A stretch of 63,032 nucleotides of DNA from a bacterium (GTDB lineage Bacteria; Krumholzibacteriota; Krumholzibacteriia; LZORAL124-64-63). The translations under genes and the position numbers were made by a program. Numbering within the stretch: position 1 is the first letter of the stretch; every line of letters starts with the position of its first letter. The DNA is taken from assembly GCA_031441465.1 (NCBI GenBank), contig JANOEP010000064.1, positions 1 through 63,032 on the forward strand, written 5' to 3'. The notes under the pieces are model-generated. The model saw only the letters and a list, made by a program, of their open reading frames with translations, ran no database searches and had not been told where the DNA came from. Positions 57,141 through 63,032 of this stretch are shown here, piece after piece.

Positions 57141-58748
57141 TCAGAATCGACTGACCAAGCGCAGTTCGACTCCGGTGAAGTCCGGCACCAGGTAACAGGT
57201 ACCCGAGGTGCAGGCGGTGCCGCCGCGCCGGCTGCCGGCGAACAGCGCGGCTTCGTGGTGACGGTTCAGAGGCGCCACCGCCACGGCTCCGATCCAGTGG
57301 CGGGGCTCCGTCTCGACGACGTCGAAGGTCAAGGGATCGTCCTTCTCGTCCGGATCGTTCGAGAATTCGGCCTGCAGGGCCAGCGTGCCTTGGCCCGCCC
57401 GGTCCACCCCGAGACCCAGGAAGATGTTTTCGAAGGCTGACACCTCGCCGAAGGTCGTTCGTTCCGCGCGCTGGTGCTCGGCGTTCAGGCGGAGGCTCAG
57501 CCCCCCACCGAATTCCCGGCCCACGGCGAGGCCCGCCGTGCAGTGGTCGGTGAGCCCCTCGACCTCGTCGCAGCCGGTGGCGGCGAAGACTTCCCAGTGC
57601 CAGAGTGCGAGCGGGTCGCCTTGCAGGGCGACGACGTCGAGTCGGTATTGCTTCAGGCCGTTGACTTCGTTGGCGGCCCGGGCTGATTCGACCTGGAGGG
57701 CCAATTCGCCGGGCAACGAACCCATCAGCGAGATCTGGCGGCCGTGCTCGCCGCCGGCGAGCAGGAAATGGGACATGCGGTTCAGCAGGTGCTGGCTCAT
57801 CTCGGGCACGAGGTTGGGCGGATCGTTCCAGCCGAGGGCGAATCCGTCGTAGTCCTTGGTCTCGAAGCTGGCTCCCCAGCGCCCGACGCTGATCTGGGTC
57901 GCCGTGTAGAAGGCGTGCGGGGTCGTCGCGCCGGTGTCGAGCCCGTCGCCCAGGGGATCCCAGGACTGGCCGGCGTACTCGGCATAAGCCTGCAGATCGA
58001 GGCCGCGCGCCGCCAGCGACGGCGCCAAGCGGGCGGCGCGCAGCGTCAGGTCGGTCGACGCATACTCGGCGAGTTCCGGCGATGAACCCGGGAGCTGGCG
58101 TTCGCTGCGCAGGTAGCCGGCGCCCAGGTCCAGCGCCGGGTGGAGCGTGAAGGTCGCGTGGCCGCCTCCGACGTGGCCTTCGCGGCGGGGCAACGCGACG
58201 ATCCCCGGTGGAACGTCGGGGTAGCGCACCGGTTCGCCGCCGAACAGCAGCGCCGAAACCGGTCCCCGGTTCGCCTCCAGGATCACGCCATCGAGGCTGC
58301 GGGCATCGGCGTACTGGGACGGCGGGAAGACGGCGTCGCGCACGACGCCCCCCAGTTCGAAGGCGCGGAACAGCAGCCCGCGGCCGAGCGTGGCGAAGCC
58401 GTCGCCGAGCCGCAGGCGCAGCCCCTCGTCCTCCCACTCGGCGTACTTCAGGGTGACTTCGTCGTAGCGGGCGGGCAGGAAGCCCTCGTCGCGGGATGGC
58501 TGGTAGCTCTCGGCGCGCAGCCCCGCACGCAGTCCGTCGCGGCTGTACACGAGGTCGAACCGGTCGTAGATGCCCGTCATGGCGTTCGTTTCGGTCAGGG
58601 GGTCCCGTCCCGCCTGCCAGAGCAGGAGGTTCGAGGCCTGCACCGAGCCCGACGAATCGCCGGCGCCGGCGAGCGTTGCCAACGGGTGGACCAGTCGTGA
58701 GCACAGCAGCGAGGCGACGCCGAGCGCGACGAGCCGTGACGTCTTCAT
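57141..58748 (-). CDS. DUF6029-like outer-membrane beta-barrel with C-terminal CxxGxC motif
   Basis: Signal peptide; LGDGFATLGRGLLFRAFE..D..LDG; C-terminal GSRRGGTACTSGTCYLVPDFTGVELRLVSRF ending in Phe; start overlaps the TlpA stop. Confidence 0.75.
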   Translation of the reverse strand: MKTSRLVALGVASLLCSRLVHPLATLAGAGDSSGSVQASNLLLWQAGRDPLTETNAMTGIYDRFDLVYSRDGLRAGLRAESYQPSRDEGFLPARYDEVTLKYAEWEDEGLRLRLGDGFATLGRGLLFRAFELGGVVRDAVFPPSQYADARSLDGVILEANRGPVSALLFGGEPVRYPDVPPGIVALPRREGHVGGGHATFTLHPALDLGAGYLRSERQLPGSSPELAEYASTDLTLRAARLAPSLAARGLDLQAYAEYAGQSWDPLGDGLDTGATTPHAFYTATQISVGRWGASFETKDYDGFALGWNDPPNLVPEMSQHLLNRMSHFLLAGGEHGRQISLMGSLPGELALQVESARAANEVNGLKQYRLDVVALQGDPLALWHWEVFAATGCDEVEGLTDHCTAGLAVGREFGGGLSLRLNAEHQRAERTTFGEVSAFENIFLGLGVDRAGQGTLALQAEFSNDPDEKDDPLTFDVVETEPRHWIGAVAVAPLNRHHEAALFAGSRRGGTACTSGTCYLVPDFTGVELRLVSRF

Positions 58749-59302
58749 TCGGCGGTCCCAGGCGCCGGGTCCAGCAGCGGCAACAGTTCCTGTTCCAGCA
58801 ACCGGACGTCGCCCTCCCGGTAACCACGGTGCAGAGAGCGGATCCGGCCTTCGCGATCGATGAGGAAGGTCATGGGAATGGCCTCCGCCCGGTAGAGCTG
58901 GGACGCCCGCTTCTCGGTATCGATCAGGATCGGGAACGTCAGGCCCAGCGCGCGGGCCGTGGCGCCGATCTTGGGGCGGTTGCGCGGCTCGTCGGTGCTG
59001 ACCGCCAGGACGGTCAGACCGCGCGGCGCGTAGCGGTCGTGCAATTGCTGCAGCTCCGGCAGGGCCTGACGGCAGGGGCCGCACCAGGTCGCCCAGAAGT
59101 CGAGGATCACCGGCCCCCGCTTCAGGGCCTCGCCCAGGACGACGCGATCTCCGGCCACGGTCTCGAGCGAGAACGCGGGGGCCGGCCCGAGGTCCGGTTC
59201 GGCCGTCGTGGCGTCTGCCGCACACCGGGACGCCACGGCCAGGGCGAGCAGCGCGGCGATGATGCTGGCGGAGCGCAGCTGGCCGGAGCCTGACGATGCC
59301 AT
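58745..59302 (-). CDS. TlpA-family thiol-disulfide oxidoreductase
   Basis: N-terminal hydrophobic segment; APAFSL, VILDFWATWCGPC, IPMTFLIDREG. Confidence 0.92.
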   Translation of the reverse strand: MASSGSGQLRSASIIAALLALAVASRCAADATTAEPDLGPAPAFSLETVAGDRVVLGEALKRGPVILDFWATWCGPCRQALPELQQLHDRYAPRGLTVLAVSTDEPRNRPKIGATARALGLTFPILIDTEKRASQLYRAEAIPMTFLIDREGRIRSLHRGYREGDVRLLEQELLPLLDPAPGTAE

Positions 59303-59310
59303 GCGACCTC

Positions 59311-60132
59311 CTACTTCAACAGGGTGACGAAACGCGACTGGCTCCGGCCGTCGACCGTGAGTTCGACGAGGTAATTGCCGCTGACCAGAGTACGGCCGCC
59401 AGCATCACGACCGTCCCAGTCGGCCACGTAGTCCCGCGCGCCGTCGTGGTGCCCGTCGACGAGCGTGCGCAGGACACGCCCCTGCACGTCCAGGATCCGC
59501 AACCGCACCTGCCGGCTGCCGTCGCCGTCGATCCGGTAGGCCAGGGTCGTGCTCGGATTGAAGGGGTTCGGGTAGCCCGGCCGCAGGCTGAACCCGTCGC
59601 GCGACGGTGTACCGGCAGCGGTGGGCAGGTCCGCCAGGGCGAGGTTGATCGCGGCGGTCGTCAGGGCCAGGTTCCAGCCGCTGCGGCGGAAGGTGATCAG
59701 CCCGTCTCCGCCGACGACGAAGAAGATGTCGTAGGTGCAGGCGTAGCTCGAGCCGATGCCGGCGGCGGCCGCGCCCATCAGTGCCGGGTAGGTGATGCCG
59801 GTGACCGAGAGGAAGGAATTGGTCTGGCTGAGGTTGCCGCCCCACATTTCCAGGCCGAGAGCCTGGAAATCCGGTCCGGCGAAGCTGTTGGCCATCGTCT
59901 GCGTGGACGGACCCGCCGCCCGGCAGCTGCTTCAGCCATGGCCGAACATGAACAGGAATTTCACCCTGCCGTCGTAGTCGGACAGGCTGTGTGTCTGGCC
60001 GGTCGTGCTCTGGAGGGTGAAACCGGCGGCGACGTCGCCGACCTGTCCGGTCGCTCCCGCAGTGCCGGCCACCAGCGCCAGCGCGGCGACGCCCAGCGCG
60101 GCCGCTCTCGTGAGGGGAGATCTGGTATTCAT
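59311..60132 (-). CDS. Predicted secreted selenoprotein: AhpC/TSA-TlpA-like redoxin (U-S-S-C) with FlgD CTD
   Basis: ORF 59932-60186 and ORF 59311-59895 are in frame across TGA 59934-59932: QVGDVAAGFTL..HSLSDYDGRVKFLFMFGHG-U-SSCRAAGP. AAGGA RBS and signal peptide; YPNPFNPSTT tail. Confidence 0.85.
59905..59921 (-). promoter_or_regulatory. Candidate bacterial SECIS element
   Basis: GGGCGG-CGGGT-CCGTCC hairpin after a 10-nt spacer from the TGA, with G-rich GGU loop. Confidence 0.6.
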
Positions 60133-60324
60133 GGCCAGTCCTTTCAGGATCAGTGCTTGCCGCACGCCTAATACAAGATAAAACACATCCTTAATATAGA
60201 TTCATAGTTCCACTGTGGCAATCGCCCCAATTCTCGGTAGGAGTAGGGATGACGGCTTCTGGAAACCGGAGTATCTTTCGCCTTCATTCTGGACGCCCCC
60301 CCCTCGGACCACGTGGAGGAACCC

Positions 60325-61875
60325 ATGTCCGGCGACCGCGATCTCATCCAGCCGAAGCCCGACATCGTCGCGCGCGCCCACATCTCCTCGATGCAGGAGT
60401 ACCGGCGCCTGTACCGTCTCTCGCTCGACGATCCCGAGACGTTCTGGGGCCGGCAGGCTGCGATCCTGGACTGGTTCCATCCCTGGCGGACCGTCTTCGA
60501 CCACGACTACGAGAACGTGGACTTCGGGTGGTACCTCGGCGGCCGGCTCAACGCCTGCTACAACTGCGTGGACCGGCACCTCAAGGAACGCGGCGACCGC
60601 ACGGCCATCATCTGGGCGAAGGACGAGCCGGGGGAGTACGAGCACATCTCCTACCGCGACCTCAAGCACCGGGTCGCCCGGGTGGCGAACGTCCTGCGCC
60701 ACCACGGCGTGCAGAAAGGCGACCGGGTCTGCCTGTACATGCCGATGATCCCGGACCTGGCCGTCGCCATGCTGGCCTGCGCGCGCATCGGCGCCGTCCA
60801 CTCGATCGTCTTCGGCGGCTTCAGCAGCGAGGCCATCCGCGACCGGATCCTCGACGCCGGCGCCAAGGTGGTCATCACCGCCAACGAAGGCCTGCGCGGG
60901 GGCAAGCGGCTGCGCCTGAAGGAGACCGTCGACCGGGCCGTCGACGGGCTGGATCTGGTCACGACCGTGCTGGTCGCCCGGCGCACGGACGCCGAGGTCG
61001 CCATGAGGGCGGGCCGCGACTTCTGGCTGGACGAGGAGTGCCGCAAGCAGCGGTCGACCTGCACGGTGGAGTGGATGGGGGCGGAGGACCCGCTGTTCAT
61101 CCTCTACACCTCCGGCTCGACGGGCAAGCCCAAGGGTGTCCTGCACACCACCGGCGGCTACCTGGTCTACGCCGCGATGACCCACAAGCTGGTCTTCGAC
61201 TACCACCCCGGCGACATCCACTTCTGCGCCGCGGACATCGGCTGGATCACCGGCCACTCCTACATCATCTACGGCCCGCTGGCCAACGGAGCCACCACGG
61301 TCATGTTCGAGTCGATCCCGACCTACCCCGACGCGGGGCGCTATTGGCAGATCGTCGACGACCTGGGCGTGAACATCTTCTACACCGCGCCCACGGCGCT
61401 CAGGGCGATCCACCGTTGCGGCGACGGCTTCCTGGCGGGCAGCCGCCGCGACTCGCTGCGGATCCTGGGGACCGTCGGCGAGCCCATCAACCCCGAGACG
61501 TGGCGCTGGTACCACGACCAGGTCGGCGGCGGGCGCTGCGCCGTGGTCGACACGTGGTGGCAGACCGAGACCGGCGGCGTGCTCATCTCGCCGCTGCCCG
61601 GCGTCACGCCGTTGAAGCCCGGCTCGGCCACGCTGCCCTTCTTCGGGATCAAACCCCTGCTCATGGACGAGCAGGGACGGCCGCTAACCGGCGACGGCGT
61701 CGCCGGGAACCTCTGCATCGAGCAGACGTGGCCGGGCCAGGCCCGCACCGTCTACGGCGACCACGAGCGTTTCCACGAGACGTACTTCACGCAATACCCG
61801 GGCTATTACTTCACGGGCGACGGCTGCCGCCGCGATGAGGACGGCTACTACTGGATCACCGGTCGTGTCGACGAC
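60325..61875 (+). CDS. acs: Acetyl-CoA synthetase, 3'-truncated at a chimeric junction
   Basis: [53 protein letters not shown]; homology is lost after that. Confidence 0.9.
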
Positions 61876-62751
61876 GCGCGCGACGACTTCGGTCGGCAAA
61901 TAAGCGAAGGGAACCTGTGCATCGAGACGGTTGCGGAATTCCGGCGCGAACAGCTTCTTCACCGCTTCTTCGCCAGCATCTTCCTTGCTGATATTATTGC
62001 CGAAGCCGATGCCTTCCTTGGCCATGTCGCTGGCCCCGGCATTGGTTGTCATAATCAGGATGACATTGCGGAAATCAACGGTCTTGCCATGATGGTCGGT
62101 CAGGCGGCCATTATCCATCACCTGCAACAATATGTTGAACAGATCAGGATGCGCCTTTTCAATTTCGTCGAGCAACAGCACACAATGCGGGTTCTGGTCG
62201 ACCGCGTCGGTCAGCAGACCGCCCTGATCGAAGCCGACATAGCCCGGAGGCGCACCGATCAGGCGCGATACCGAGTGCCGTTCCATATACTCGCTCATAT
62301 CAAAGCGCTTGAGCGGTATGCCCATGATCGAGGCAAGTTGCCGAGCAACTTCGGTCTTGCCAACGCCGGTGGGCCCGGAAAACAGATAGTTGCCAATCGG
62401 CTTGTCGCCATCGCGCAATCCGGCGCGGGACAATTTGATGGCGCTTGTCAAAACCTCGATGGCTTTGTCCTGTCCGAATACCACCCGTTTCAGATCCGCT
62501 TCGAGTGTACCCAAAGCCGTCTTGTCATCCTTGGATACATTTTTCGCCGGGATGCGGGCAATTGTTGCGATGACGGCTTCAATTTCGCGTGCGGTTATCA
62601 ACTTGCGGCGTTTGGACGGTGCGACAAGCATCTGCATCGCGCCAACCTCGTCAATGACATCGATGGCCTTATCAGGCAATTTACGGTCATTGATATAGCG
62701 CGCGGACAGCTCCACCGCGGCTTTTAAGGCGTCGGGGGTATATTTGACCTT
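61867..62751 (-). pseudogene. clpA: Internal fragment of ATP-dependent Clp protease ATPase ClpA, foreign codon usage
   Basis: [74 protein letters not shown]; no start or stop. Confidence 0.85.
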
Positions 62752-62892
62752 GAGCTGAAACTGCTCGACCTGGAGTTCGCCAACGAGATCCTGACCGGCG
62801 ACGGGCAGGACGTCGATGCGTCAGCGCCGAAGCGGTGGCGCAAGGAGGCGCAGGCGGAGGCGCAGGAGCGGTTCAGGAAGGGACGGCTCTGA
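62746..62892 (+). other. 3' end of an unidentified CDS joined to the clpA fragment
   Basis: High-GC open frame DLELKLLDLEFANEILTGDG..RFRKGRL-stop, followed by a hairpin. Confidence 0.4.
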
Positions 62893-62893
62893 C

Positions 62894-62919
62894 CCCTCTC
62901 CCGGTGGGAGAGGGTTTTT
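62894..62919 (+). terminator. CCCTCTCCC/GGGAGAGGG hairpin with U-tract (terminator or REP-like)
   Basis: CCCTCTCCC-GGT-GGGAGAGGG-TTTTT. Confidence 0.6.
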
Positions 62920-63032
62920 CTCTTTCGACATCCACCGGCAAGCCGCGCCTTCGCGGCGCAGACCGGGGGACCCCTCGACATCCTCCGGCCGATCGAAGAT
63001 CGGACCGGGGGAGGCGCCGTAGCGATGCGAAG

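Noticed and set aside
62427..62442. GGGACAATTTGATGGC resembling the IS right end
   Set aside because: Lies within conserved clpA coding sequence, has no partner arm, and is away from both junctions; likely chance.
60313..62727. 804-aa 'Acs fusion protein' in the ORF track
   Set aside because: The C-terminal part is the antisense reading of a clpA fragment after a chimeric junction.

Overview
High-GC bacterial contig segment. It is probably from an FCB-superphylum candidate lineage such as Krumholzibacteriota/Latescibacterota; this is inferred from the many secreted proteins ending in FlgD-Ig-like 'PNPFNP' C-terminal domains or short 'WGxxKxx(Y/F/W)R/K' tails. Housekeeping content includes smpB-amidase-GerMN-murI-rph-rdgB, five tRNAs, ssb, nth, adk, znuABC, ettA, nrfHA and a truncated acs. 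The most striking signal is two predicted secreted selenoproteins that the ORF track splits at an in-frame TGA in a UxxC motif, each followed 10-11 nt later by a SECIS-like hairpin. One is an Omp28-like/FG-GAP protein (50135-52729). The other is a redoxin (60132-59311) co-transcribed with a TlpA thioredoxin and a DUF6029-like beta-barrel carrying a C-terminal CxxGxC motif, which suggests a thiol/selenol relay across the outer membrane. Also notable: (1) a second, apparently interchangeable short C-terminal sorting tag on four proteins; (2) a cohesin/dockerin-like secreted-protein cluster; (3) an IS1-like transposase whose ends recur as a 54-bp transposase-free hairpin; (4) a Fic islet at tRNA-Lys; (5) chimeric foreign fragments (lpxD, clpA) at both window ends. 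Family assignments are from motif recognition by eye, not database searches.
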